Positions 24,613 to 33,177 of a stretch of DNA of 37,790 nt are shown one piece after another (within the stretch, counting starts at the first letter, position 1; each line of letters opens with the position of its first letter). A model generated the notes under the pieces. The model saw only the letters and a list, made by a program, of their open reading frames with translations. It had not been told where the DNA came from and did no database searches. The stretch is from a virus (lineage: Duplodnaviria > Caudoviricetes): positions 1 through 37,790 of the IMG/VR virus record IMGVR_UViG_3300012808_000001, one strand, 5' to 3'. Made by a program: the position numbers and the translations under genes.

Positions 24613-25287
24613 GATTACAAAGAACGCCTAGAGAAGGCAATGAAGGCTGCCGGCGTAGACATCACAGAGCTTGCGAGGTCTGTTGGTGTCTCCTACCAGG
24701 CTGCGCGCAAAGTCCTTGAGGGCGAGAGCAAGGCTTTCACTGCCGAAAACAACGCCAAGGCCGCCGCACGCCTGAATGTGTCGTCGGACTGGCTTGCAAC
24801 CGGCATGGGTGACATGGCCCGCAACGCCAACAGCATTGTTTTTTCAGAAGAAAACGAAGATCTGGTGCGCATCCCCATACTGGCCAATAGCGGCAGCATG
24901 GGCAAAGGCAATGACACGCTCGATGCGGACTATGTGGTGGGCGACCTGGCCCTCTCCGCACACTGGATTAACCAGCACATCAAGCCCGGCAATATCCGGG
25001 AGCTAAAGTTCATTCACGCCCAAGGCGAAAGCATGTCGCCCACCTTCAGCGACGGCGATGTGCTGCTGGTCGATGTAGGCTCACGCGACCCGGCCAGCCA
25101 TGAAGGCGTCTATGTGCTGGATGTGCACGGCCAGACCTATATCAAGCGCGTTCGCATGCGCATGACCGGCTCGCTGGAGGTCAGCTCGGACAACCCCAAC
25201 ATCAAGACCGTGGACGAACTGAACGGCGATCACCAGGTACGCGTACTGGGCCGTGTGGTTTGGGCCTGGAACGGGCAAAAGCTGTAA
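24607..25287 (+). CDS. cI: CI repressor (HTH + S24 peptidase)
   Basis: HTH ELARSVGVSYQAA, WLATG, GESMSPTFSDGDVLLVD, YIKR, VLGRVVW; alternative starts 24562 and 24595. Confidence 0.93.
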   Translation: MVDYKERLEKAMKAAGVDITELARSVGVSYQAARKVLEGESKAFTAENNAKAAARLNVSSDWLATGMGDMARNANSIVFSEENEDLVRIPILANSGSMGKGNDTLDADYVVGDLALSAHWINQHIKPGNIRELKFIHAQGESMSPTFSDGDVLLVDVGSRDPASHEGVYVLDVHGQTYIKRVRMRMTGSLEVSSDNPNIKTVDELNGDHQVRVLGRVVWAWNGQKL

Positions 25288-25318
25288 GCAGCATCAAATC
25301 GATATTCAACAGGTTTGC

Positions 25319-26203
25319 ATGAGCACAGAAACGCTATTTTCTCCCCCTCAGGTCTGCATTCCACTCCTACCGGTGGACGCACTGACCGGCCAAGAAAAAG
25401 GATTGTGCACAGCATGGGAGGGCGAGGTTCTACCTCTGAATGAAGGAGATCCCATTAAGTGCGTATTCAAGCACTTAAGCCACCCCGGCAAATTGGCCAT
25501 AGAAATGGCATGCACCTTGGCCGCAACTGTGCTTGGGAACAATACTCCGGCACCCTGCCTGGTACTGGCCTCCAAAGAGCAGTTACCAGAACTTCCAGAA
25601 TCTGCGCATCAACCCGGAGGGTTCGCCATTTTGTTCGGAAGCACTTATGTCGGTGGAAATAGCTTTTTCGAGCAGCTCTCGCAAGCCAGCGACGCCACTC
25701 TAGACAACTCGGTCTGGAATCATTTCTGCAGCAATGCAAATACTGCAGCCAAAGGCGCCGCACTGGATGAGCTGCTGGCCAACTGGGACAGACACTCGCG
25801 AAACATGAGATTTGACGGCACCAACTGGTGGCTTATCGATCACGATCAGGCCCTTGCCCCCGCCCTCAATGCAGACCTATCGAAGCTGAAAGCAGATTTT
25901 GTTGCATCCCACAATCTGATAGCCAGTCAGCTCAATGAGCGCAGACGCAATGACCACCAAATGCCCGACGCTGCGCGGCTTGCTGCGCAGCGGCAAAACC
26001 AAATCCAAGCACTCGCAGCCGTAGCCGCCAAATGGACGCATGCAGTTCCTCAAGCGGTCGACATCTGGCAACAAACCTCAAGCCTGCTAGAGTTACTGAG
26101 CCGTCGCATGCCAATGCTCCAGCTCATGATCAATGAGAGAATCGGCGCCAACCAAAGCAACAACTTGAAATGGACTTCCTCGCCAACGCCGCCTCCCCCT
26201 TAA
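25319..26203 (+). CDS. HipA-like (PI3/4-kinase fold) protein kinase
   Basis: VFK lysine, LAIEMAC glutamate, LANWDRHSRN catalytic loop, WLIDHDQAL. Confidence 0.85.
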   Translation: MSTETLFSPPQVCIPLLPVDALTGQEKGLCTAWEGEVLPLNEGDPIKCVFKHLSHPGKLAIEMACTLAATVLGNNTPAPCLVLASKEQLPELPESAHQPGGFAILFGSTYVGGNSFFEQLSQASDATLDNSVWNHFCSNANTAAKGAALDELLANWDRHSRNMRFDGTNWWLIDHDQALAPALNADLSKLKADFVASHNLIASQLNERRRNDHQMPDAARLAAQRQNQIQALAAVAAKWTHAVPQAVDIWQQTSSLLELLSRRMPMLQLMINERIGANQSNNLKWTSSPTPPPP

Positions 26204-27045
26204 GACTCCTGACAGGTGCATTTGCACCCGTCTTCTGGGAGCCTTTGGGTCGCCGCGGTGAGCGCCTTGTTGTTGGCGTGATCATTGAAAACGAGCACGG
26301 CATTTGCCATGCCACCCCGACCCTGCAGCATCAGCATCTTCTGCAATATCTGAATAAAGAGAGATCAGACTCTGCCGTTGGGGTGATGGAGTTTGCCTTC
26401 GATCACTTCAACAAAACTCTGCAAGCAGGCGGAAGAATCGAAGACCTGAAGACGCCTTTTGCCAAGATGTCCATAGGACGTATCGAGCCAATTACCGCTC
26501 GCTCAGAAATCGAACTCACCGAACGTGCCATCCATTTGTGCACTCTGCTTGGCCGCACCCCGGATGAGGCAGAGACCAAGGACGCAGCCAAACAGTCGAC
26601 CGCTCGCACCAGAGAGTTCATGAAGGATGTGCGACAAATCATCGCCCAAATCAACCCTCAGTTTGCCCAGTCAGCTCTAAAGACCAACAGACCCTATCCC
26701 GTTGGCGGATCATCGATAAAGCTCCACTTTCATCACAAGCAAAATTTTGCACAATTTTGCAGCCTCCCTCTTCCGACAGCCAGGGCCGACGCGGCGACAG
26801 AATGCAAAGCTCGCCTACTCGAGCTCATTACGATCAGAGTTCAAGAGCCTTCGGCCAATATTGCTTTGCTGATCAACACAGCGACAAGGGGTATGCCTCA
26901 TACCGGCAGGACCAACACAACCGAACTCATTCGACTTCAGACGCTGGACATGGCCACCGCCCTGAATATTCCCGCGAAGGAATATGCATCAGCTCCTGAA
27001 GCAGCGAAGTTCATTCAAGACATCGCCGAAACCAGCTCAACCTAA
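26170..27045 (+). CDS. Kinase partner with DUF3037-like N-terminus
   Basis: WEPLGRRGERLVVGVI motif; 34-bp overlap with the kinase gene. Confidence 0.7.
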   Translation: MDFLANAASPLRLLTGAFAPVFWEPLGRRGERLVVGVIIENEHGICHATPTLQHQHLLQYLNKERSDSAVGVMEFAFDHFNKTLQAGGRIEDLKTPFAKMSIGRIEPITARSEIELTERAIHLCTLLGRTPDEAETKDAAKQSTARTREFMKDVRQIIAQINPQFAQSALKTNRPYPVGGSSIKLHFHHKQNFAQFCSLPLPTARADAATECKARLLELITIRVQEPSANIALLINTATRGMPHTGRTNTTELIRLQTLDMATALNIPAKEYASAPEAAKFIQDIAETSST

Positions 27046-27069
27046 CCTCGAACCTCAACTAACAGCACC

Positions 27070-27094
27070 AAGCCCGCACCCAGCGGGCTTTTTT
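27070..27094 (+). terminator. Intrinsic terminator closing the cI-kinase-partner unit
   Basis: AAGCCCGC-accca-GCGGGCTT followed by a T run. Confidence 0.88.
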
Positions 27095-27137
27095 CATTTC
27101 CGCATCTTCAATTGAAGAAAACTTCACAAGAAAATTT

Positions 27138-27176
27138 AACCATGGTTGACACAAATAATTTAACCATGGTTAAATT
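27138..27176 (+). promoter_or_regulatory. PL/OL: two perfect AACCATGGTT operators overlapping a promoter
   Basis: Operators at 27138-27147 and 27162-27171; TTGACA 27146-27151; TAAATT 27171-27176 (19-nt spacer). Confidence 0.85.
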
Positions 27177-27705
27177 CATCCATCGCAGCAACCACCACAG
27201 CACACCTAAGCCCCGTCAACACAGGGCCAACGCCATCAACGCTAGCGCCCCACTGGCATCAAGGGAGTGCAGCAGAGGTTGCAGACGCGATGGGCGCCAC
27301 GGCATCGGCCGGGTCAGGCCCGGTCTTTCAAAAGTCGCATGCCCATGTCGTTCGCTCCACCTACGCGGAGCGCCCCCGGGGCTCCATCGCATCAGCGGGC
27401 ACGGCCGCTGCTCTGCGCGGCATCCCTGCCGTATCCAGCCGCCAAAGGGCGTACACGGTCAAAAGGGTGAGGCGAATGCGGCCGAGAGCAAGAACGGCAA
27501 CGCCGGTTGGAATCCCGGCACCGCCCTTCCCGAGCGCATCGGGGCCAAACCAGAGCGCCTTGCATCAGGGCGCTGCGGTTTGAACGGTTTTCGCCGAGCC
27601 AGAGGCATCTCCTCCCTCCACTTCACTTCCTCTGGCATGCCTGCAAGGGCATCGGCTCTTTCTTTACGGCCTGCGCCAGTCAACGGCTGCAGCCGCCAAT
27701 CGCCC

Positions 27706-27741
27706 AAGCCCGCCAGCAACTGCTGAGCGGGCTTTTCCTTT
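27706..27741 (+). terminator. Intrinsic terminator at the end of the PL leader
   Basis: AAGCCCGC...GCGGGCTTTT stem. Confidence 0.75.
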
Positions 27742-27760
27742 GCCCTCAACCGGAGAACCC

Positions 27761-28000
27761 ATGCAAGCAGCTTGCCCCACCTTGCCCAGCGTGCCGATCA
27801 CCAGCGCGGCATTTCAGTACAGCAATTCGGCCTGCACCAATATTGCCGACACCTTCGCCAAGGCCCGCGCACGCATTGCGGCCGAGCAGGCTGCGCAGGC
27901 CAGCAAGCCGCGGCGACGCAGCCAGCATGGCCCGGCGCTGATGACCATCAACCGCGTGCGCGCCGGTACCACCAATCACCTAACCCTGCCGCTTTTCTAG
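27761..28000 (+). CDS. Small early phage protein
   Basis: GGAGA RBS, ATG 27761, 79 aa. Confidence 0.7.
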   Translation: MQAACPTLPSVPITSAAFQYSNSACTNIADTFAKARARIAAEQAAQASKPRRRSQHGPALMTINRVRAGTTNHLTLPLF

Positions 28001-28011
28001 GAGTCGCCGCC

Positions 28012-28146
28012 ATGCGCATCTTTGTTCTGAAATGCGGCTGCGTTTCCATCCAGCACATCGCCCGCAGCGCCGCCGAAGCGTTTGACCACGGCTTTGCCGA
28101 ACTGGGGCACCTGGGCATGGGGATCACCTGCCGATGCATCCGATAG
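28012..28146 (+). CDS. Small early phage protein (44 aa)
   Basis: AGGAG RBS overlapping the upstream stop; MRIFVLKCG... Confidence 0.65.
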   Translation: MRIFVLKCGCVSIQHIARSAAEAFDHGFAELGHLGMGITCRCIR

Positions 28147-28311
28147 ACACCGTGCTGCACGAGCTGCAGCACCGAGCGAGTGGCCCTGCTCTCCGAGATT
28201 TAGACAACCGAAATTCTGTTAGTTTTGGTTCAAAATCGGTTTCTGCCAGAAAAAGAGAGTATTGTGAAGAAAGCAGTCATTTCTGAGTGCTTTATTGAAT
28301 CGGAGGCTTTT

Positions 28312-28536
28312 ATGAAAGCCACAGTTAAAAAAAATCTCAAGACCCGCAGCCGAAAAACCGGGCTTCCAGACGTCAATAGCCATTCTGTCTCTCATGACGA
28401 CTATTCCCGCACGCCTGATCACCCCATCGAAAAGGGCCGCTTTATTTTGAGCGACATCGTTGCAAAAAGGATCCCATCGCCTAAAGCCTCTACAGAGAAA
28501 GTGAAAATAGTGGGAAAGAGATTTCTGAGCGAATAA
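28312..28536 (+). CDS. Small basic hypothetical protein
   Basis: GGAGG RBS, ATG 28312. Confidence 0.5.
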   Translation: MKATVKKNLKTRSRKTGLPDVNSHSVSHDDYSRTPDHPIEKGRFILSDIVAKRIPSPKASTEKVKIVGKRFLSE

Positions 28537-28551
28537 CGAAAGGAAATTGAT

Positions 28552-28719
28552 ATGTTTGCACAACCACTATCCAAGGCCCAAGACCTTTGGTCGAATCTCA
28601 TGCATGTGTTATTTCCTTGGGCAAGAGCTTTTCCTAGCCTGCCAGAAGAGGAAGAAACGAATACTCAATTACAGGAATCTGTAACCGAAAACGAGCATCA
28701 AATTAATCGTGATGCGTAA
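28552..28719 (+). CDS. Small hypothetical protein (55 aa, acidic tail)
   Basis: AAGGA RBS; translated by hand (MFAQPLSK...INRDA). Confidence 0.45.
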   Translation: MFAQPLSKAQDLWSNLMHVLFPWARAFPSLPEEEETNTQLQESVTENEHQINRDA

Positions 28720-29484
28720 GCTAATTCGACTATCCTGCCCCTCGATCGACCCTTCAACACCCTACAGGTGGCTTTAAATCGAAAAAGGAGTACTATGGAT
28801 AGCGGTGGAAATTAATAATTCCCCTGCTAAATTAAAGGCCTATATGTTAAGCTTAGTCAAAAATCTCTCATCTGAAATCAATCCTGCCCTTCATGAAGTT
28901 GATAGCGCTGCAGTACCTACTGGCGACTTTGTCTATTGCCCAGCGGTTTACGAAGCCAGATTGCGTCAAAACGAACAAGAAAAAACACAAGTTCGCATCA
29001 AGAAATCTCGTCAGGCACAACGTAGCAACGCCACCGAATAAGGCTTCCCAGTCCGTTCGCCTATCACTCTGCAACGCTAGTTGCACGATAGTTTGACCTG
29101 CAAGTTGCTTCAACTGGCACCCCTCTCTTCTCAACACTGCAGCCATTCAGGCATCCAAATAGAGGATGCGGCATCCCTCCAAACGAACTTCCGCAATAGT
29201 TTTCATCTACCGGCATAGCTCCTATTTTGGGTAATTTCTGAAGTTAATTAATTTCTTCGAATATACCCATATTTATATAATTTTTACAATAACAATTTGT
29301 ATAAATCACTCACGCAGTGATAGCAATAAAGTCTTTTGCACGCTAGCTCCAAGCCACTTAATTGCTACCTGACACAGCCTCAATTAATGTAATTTTTCGT
29401 CTGAAAACAGTTTTATTGATGAAATAGGCGTATGGTTTATCTATGGGAGTCAGTCAGGGCTTTCCAGAAATACCGGAGGTCTTT

Positions 29485-29694
29485 ATGCTCTTCATCGATA
29501 AATACACACATTTATTCAAGGCATACAGACCACATCTCTTGGATATAGACGACTACCTTATTACCGACAAATACTTCACTGTGACGTCGAATGACGATGC
29601 AGAGATCGAGATACCAGAATTTGATGAGATCTCTAGAAGAACCATAAAACACTCACAAATTCACAAAACAAAAAAAACACCTTCAGAAGAATAA
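29485..29694 (+). CDS. Small hypothetical protein
   Basis: GGAGGT RBS, ATG 29485. Confidence 0.55.
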   Translation: MLFIDKYTHLFKAYRPHLLDIDDYLITDKYFTVTSNDDAEIEIPEFDEISRRTIKHSQIHKTKKTPSEE

Positions 29695-29729
29695 TTAATC
29701 AAGGACTCAACGCCAAACAAGGAGGCCTT

Positions 29730-29924
29730 ATGTCCTACCTAAATTCGCAATGCCAAGGTTTTTTGTGCTCCATAAAAAAGACCTTCAGAGGCATCAACAA
29801 TAGAGGCAGCCTGCCAGATCATCAGGAGAAGAAAACTCCCACAGACGAAGAAAAAAAAGATCTGGAGCGTCAACAGCCAGTCTTGATCCAAAGACAACGG
29901 GAACTTCACAGCGACGTCACCTAA
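29730..29924 (+). CDS. Small hydrophilic hypothetical protein
   Basis: AAGGAGG RBS. Confidence 0.55.
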   Translation: MSYLNSQCQGFLCSIKKTFRGINNRGSLPDHQEKKTPTDEEKKDLERQQPVLIQRQRELHSDVT

Positions 29925-30085
29925 AAGGATGTCGCATCAGCGGTGCTAACAGACGGTCTGTCGTGAGCACTACCCACCAGGACATCGCTCCACAAAGAAT
30001 CCCTACAACGTGGCTCCTTTCAAAGTGCGCCCTGGGTCCATAGCAGGTCTTTCCGATCTGCTCTCAACCTCAAGGACTGTTCACC

Positions 30086-30247
30086 ATGACTCAACAAACC
30101 AACCCAAAAAGCACTGCAAACCAACAAGGCCAGTCGCCTGCGGATCAACAGCAAAAAGACAAGCAGGCCCAGCAGCAAACCCCAAACCCGCAACAGCCTG
30201 GCCAGAAGCCTGCACAAGAGCAGAAAAATCCTGCCCAGCAGGGGTGA
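30086..30247 (+). CDS. Gln/Pro-rich disordered micro-protein (53 aa)
   Basis: AAGGA RBS; MTQQTNPKSTANQQGQSPADQQQKDKQAQQQTPNPQQPG...; below the ORF-track cutoff. Confidence 0.6.
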   Translation: MTQQTNPKSTANQQGQSPADQQQKDKQAQQQTPNPQQPGQKPAQEQKNPAQQG

Positions 30248-30457
30248 CGACTCTTTCGCTGATCTCCATGGAGATTGGTACCACCCAAACGGTCAACGAA
30301 ACTCATTTTTGGCGCTTCTACTGGCCCATGCAAATGGGGCAGCCGCTCAGAAATCCCAATTTCAGTCAGCAGCAATGCAAATGCAATAAACGCCAACCAG
30401 GCTCACAACCGTTGACGCAAATTCAAGAGCAAATGCACTGACCCTTGACCATCAACC

Positions 30458-30492
30458 AGAAGACCCGCATCACGCGGGTTTTCTAGTTTTTT
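30458..30492 (+). terminator. Intrinsic terminator ending the first island
   Basis: AGAAGACCCGC-atcac-GCGGGTTTTCT plus T run. Confidence 0.75.
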
Positions 30493-30539
30493 GGAAGACC
30501 ACGGCACTTGCCAACCGGATCCAGGGCACGTGCAAGCAC

Positions 30540-30727
30540 CCTGCACTCATGTCGCTGCACCTGGTGCGCGCCAGCAAAACGGCCCACCTGACCCTGTTTG
30601 TCAAGGCCACGCCGCGTGCCCCCTGGTTCTGAACTGCGGCAGCAGCTTGATCGGGCGCATCGTGTGGAACGCTCAACAGGCCTTTGAGATGAGCTTTGAT
30701 GAAACCGGCTATTTACACCTGCCCCCT
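30540..30727 (+). pseudogene. Decayed diverged copy of the 27761-28146 early genes
   Basis: PALMSLHLVRASKTAHLTL vs PALMTINRVRAGTTNHLTL; LVLNCG...AFEMSFDETGYL vs FVLKCG...AFDHGFAELGHL; original starts lost. Confidence 0.65.
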
Positions 30728-30733
30728 CTGCCA

Positions 30734-30964
30734 ATGCATCCAATAGACACCGTGCTGCACGAGCTGCAGCACCGCGACCGACAACGCAGCCGACTGCTGC
30801 GCCTCATGCAGAGCCAGGCGGCAACCGCCGTCAAGCCTGCGCCCTCTCTCAACACCTACTTTCAAACCGAGCTGCAGCAAGCGCTGCGCGCCATGAAGCA
30901 TGAAAAGGAGCAACGCCATGCCCACCCGTTCTATCGTGATCTTCGGCCCCAAAGGCTGCGGTAA
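30734..30964 (+). CDS. Small early phage protein (MHPIDTVLHELQHR...)
   Basis: Longer copy of the gene whose 5' end is duplicated at 28134. Confidence 0.5.
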   Translation: MHPIDTVLHELQHRDRQRSRLLRLMQSQAATAVKPAPSLNTYFQTELQQALRAMKHEKEQRHAHPFYRDLRPQRLR

Positions 30965-31175
30965 AGCCAGCCAGGCAGCACGCCTGCAGCAGCACTTCGG
31001 CCTCAGCAAGGTTTATGACACCGACTGCGAAGGCCTGACCAGCGCCCGCCAGCTGCCGCGCCATGACACCCTGATCCTGACCAACAACCAGCCGCAGCGC
31101 TGCCCCGTGCGCAGCATGAGCTTTGAGCAGGCTGTGCGCCAAATGGCCAAGGGACCCACTAACCCCCATGGCTGA
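30918..31175 (+). CDS. Mini P-loop protein (nucleotide-kinase-like N-terminus)
   Basis: AAGGAG RBS; IVIFGPKGCGKASQA; 85 aa. Confidence 0.7.
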   Translation: MPTRSIVIFGPKGCGKASQAARLQQHFGLSKVYDTDCEGLTSARQLPRHDTLILTNNQPQRCPVRSMSFEQAVRQMAKGPTNPHG

Positions 31176-31365
31176 AGCCTTCAAGACCACCTGGGCCGGG
31201 GGCGAGGTGCTGATCACCAAGGCCCAGGTGGAAGCCGAAGCCCGCGAGGCCTACCACGCAGGCCGCACAGCCAACGATGCCTGCCCTTACCCCTTCCACA
31301 CAGACGCCGCCTTGCACTGGCTGGCGACTTTCAACCTCTGCATTCCGCTACCCGTCAACAGGTAG
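31168..31365 (+). CDS. Rmf/CrpP-fold-like small protein
   Basis: AREAYHAGRTANDACPYP...HWLATF pattern; coupled to the upstream gene. Confidence 0.6.
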   Translation: MAEAFKTTWAGGEVLITKAQVEAEAREAYHAGRTANDACPYPFHTDAALHWLATFNLCIPLPVNR

Positions 31366-31374
31366 CCATACCCC

Positions 31375-31608
31375 ATGACGACCACCCACATCCCTAAAGG
31401 CGGCATGTGCACAACCTGCACCAATGGCTCCAAAGCATGCGCGGATCTGCAGTTTGCAAGCATGCAGCCGATCCAGCGCTACCCCGACGGCATTACTGCA
31501 GTGAAGTGCACCGGCCACAGCGCACCCGCTGCACAGCAGCCCCTGTGCATCAGCTGCGGCGCTCGCAACTTCCCGCAGCCGGATGGCAGTCTGACCTGCG
31601 GCCACTGA
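31375..31608 (+). CDS. Cys-rich small phage protein
   Basis: MCTTC, CISCG, terminal CGH. Confidence 0.65.
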   Translation: MTTTHIPKGGMCTTCTNGSKACADLQFASMQPIQRYPDGITAVKCTGHSAPAAQQPLCISCGARNFPQPDGSLTCGH

Positions 31609-31645
31609 CTGCGCCACCAATCACACTTTTGTTTTCTGGAGGCCC

Positions 31646-31780
31646 ACGCTCAAGAACATGCTCATTTACCAACTGGCCATGTACCGGCAAGGCGATCTAC
31701 AGGCGCAGGAGGATGTTCGACAACCGACTGTCTTTGCCGAGTGCGGCTCCACACAGGAGCGCTCAGAGGTTGCCCATCGT
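31646..31780 (+). pseudogene. rdgC: 5' remnant of recombination-associated protein RdgC
   Basis: GGAGG then ACG-CTC-AAG-AAC-ATG-CTC-ATT-TAC (xLKNMLIY, compare MFKNLLxY) and FAECGSTQERS; similarity stops after about 40 codons. Confidence 0.65.
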
Positions 31781-31796
31781 CGCGACAGCTTAGCAG

Positions 31797-32102
31797 TCAA
31801 AGCCAGGAAGCTAGCATCACTTCAATATTCGACCGCATCTTTGCAAGCATCGCTTTAAAGCGCTTGCCCTCATCGACCAATTTCTCATAATCAGCGTCTT
31901 GCTTGCTCTTGAGGGCCGCGAGATGCAACTCTAACTTTTCGCGCTGCCTCACTGCCTGATCCAATAGCCTCTCAGCTTCTACCTGATCGGCAGCGTTCGT
32001 ACTCATTTTCTGCGCACGCTTCATCAGCACATCGATATGAACCAATTCCGCTTCAGACTCGCAAATGTGTCTTTCAGCCATCTGCTCTATCGTTTCCATC
32101 AC
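31797..32102 (-). CDS. Coiled-coil hypothetical protein
   Basis: AAGGAGG RBS; 101 aa, helical and charged. Confidence 0.75.
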   Translation of the reverse strand: MMETIEQMAERHICESEAELVHIDVLMKRAQKMSTNAADQVEAERLLDQAVRQREKLELHLAALKSKQDADYEKLVDEGKRFKAMLAKMRSNIEVMLASWL

Positions 32103-32826
32103 GGCCTCCTTGCAGTCAGCACACTGCCTTGCGAATCTGGTTAATCAGGATTAGAAGCCCGTTTCCTTGAGAAAAGAGCAGGTCAACACTGCCGCTCATA
32201 AGGTACAGCAACTAGCCTACCGGTGCAAAGAGATCCGTTGCCAGGCGCTATGTCTCTAAGTGCCATTACAGACGCAAAAGCACACGCACAAAGCGTCTCT
32301 ACACACCCTCACCTGACTTCCATACCTAAACAGACAGCCACTGAGCGGCTTTTTCTTTGGAGCGTCCAGGAGTGAAGCACACGATGCTCCAGAAGACTTT
32401 TAGAGAGCCCAAAGCCCCCCGGGAGTGCGCTTGGAAGCAACTCGAAAACGCTCTCTCTTGCAAGGATGCGGATCTTCAACTCACAAACAAAAGATGAGTC
32501 TGCAGGTTCACAGAACAACATCTCGTAGGCCATTCAAGGTGGCATGTCAGCTTAGGTGAACTGGAATTCAAACTGTATTTATGTATATGTGGATTCAGTG
32601 CATTCACCTTTGACACCTGAATAGACGCGAACAGGCTGGAAAACGCCAACTGGCAACACTTTTAGCGATACCAGAATCCACGCAAGAGACTCTTGTATCG
32701 CATTCAATTAGATAGCACGCCGTAGCCTACCGTCACACTTCATATCTGAATGCCCGAGCTTGGACTACAGCCCATCAAACTGCAGTGGCTTACTCTGAAC
32801 TACCCTATGTTCAATCAGGAGTCCTT

Positions 32827-33123
32827 ATGAGAGTTCATAAAGAAAGTGCAGCAGAGCCTCCAAGTGACGCAAGCCAGCTAATTGAAGATTTGCGAGGCGT
32901 TCTAGTGGCGAATGGGCATGATGCGGATCCAGCGGCATCAGTGCTTTTCAGCAAGGCTGCATCCGCTTTGGAAAAAGTGCGAACAGCATCCTCCAACGCC
33001 GTTGATCGATCGAAAGCCCTAGCACTGTCTGCCGACTCGTATGTGCACGAATCCCCTTGGCGGACAGCAGGTGGAGCTTTGGCTGTTGGCGCATTGCTCG
33101 GATTTGCACTTAGCAGGCGGTAA
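32827..33123 (+). CDS. DUF883 / ElaB-YqjD family tail-anchored protein
   Basis: CAGGAG RBS; C-terminal ADSYVHESPWRTAGGALAVGALLGFALSRR. Confidence 0.88.
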   Translation: MRVHKESAAEPPSDASQLIEDLRGVLVANGHDADPAASVLFSKAASALEKVRTASSNAVDRSKALALSADSYVHESPWRTAGGALAVGALLGFALSRR

Positions 33124-33177
33124 GCCGAGCTAAATCATCATTCATCTCGATATCGAGATCTTCAAGGCGGTAACCCT

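Larger units (their letters stand above)
28128..30774. repeat. 47-bp direct repeat (2 mismatches) at 28128-28174 and 30728-30774
   Basis: ctgccRatgcatccRatagacaccgtgctgcacgagctgcagcaccg; copies 2600 bp apart. Confidence 0.92.

Noticed and set aside
27473-27530. tRNA-like segment (GCCGG-TTGGAAT-CCCGGC)
   Set aside because: T loop is not TTCG and I could not build D or anticodon arms; kept only as part of the structured leader.
28128-30774. 47-bp repeat pair as DGR template/variable repeats or an IS target duplication
   Set aside because: Both mismatches are A/G, but the repeat is short, lies at a gene 5' end, and no reverse transcriptase or transposase is present in the window.
32309-32533. 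74-aa minus-strand ORF in the second island
   Set aside because: No clear RBS or motif; the surrounding DNA looks intergenic.
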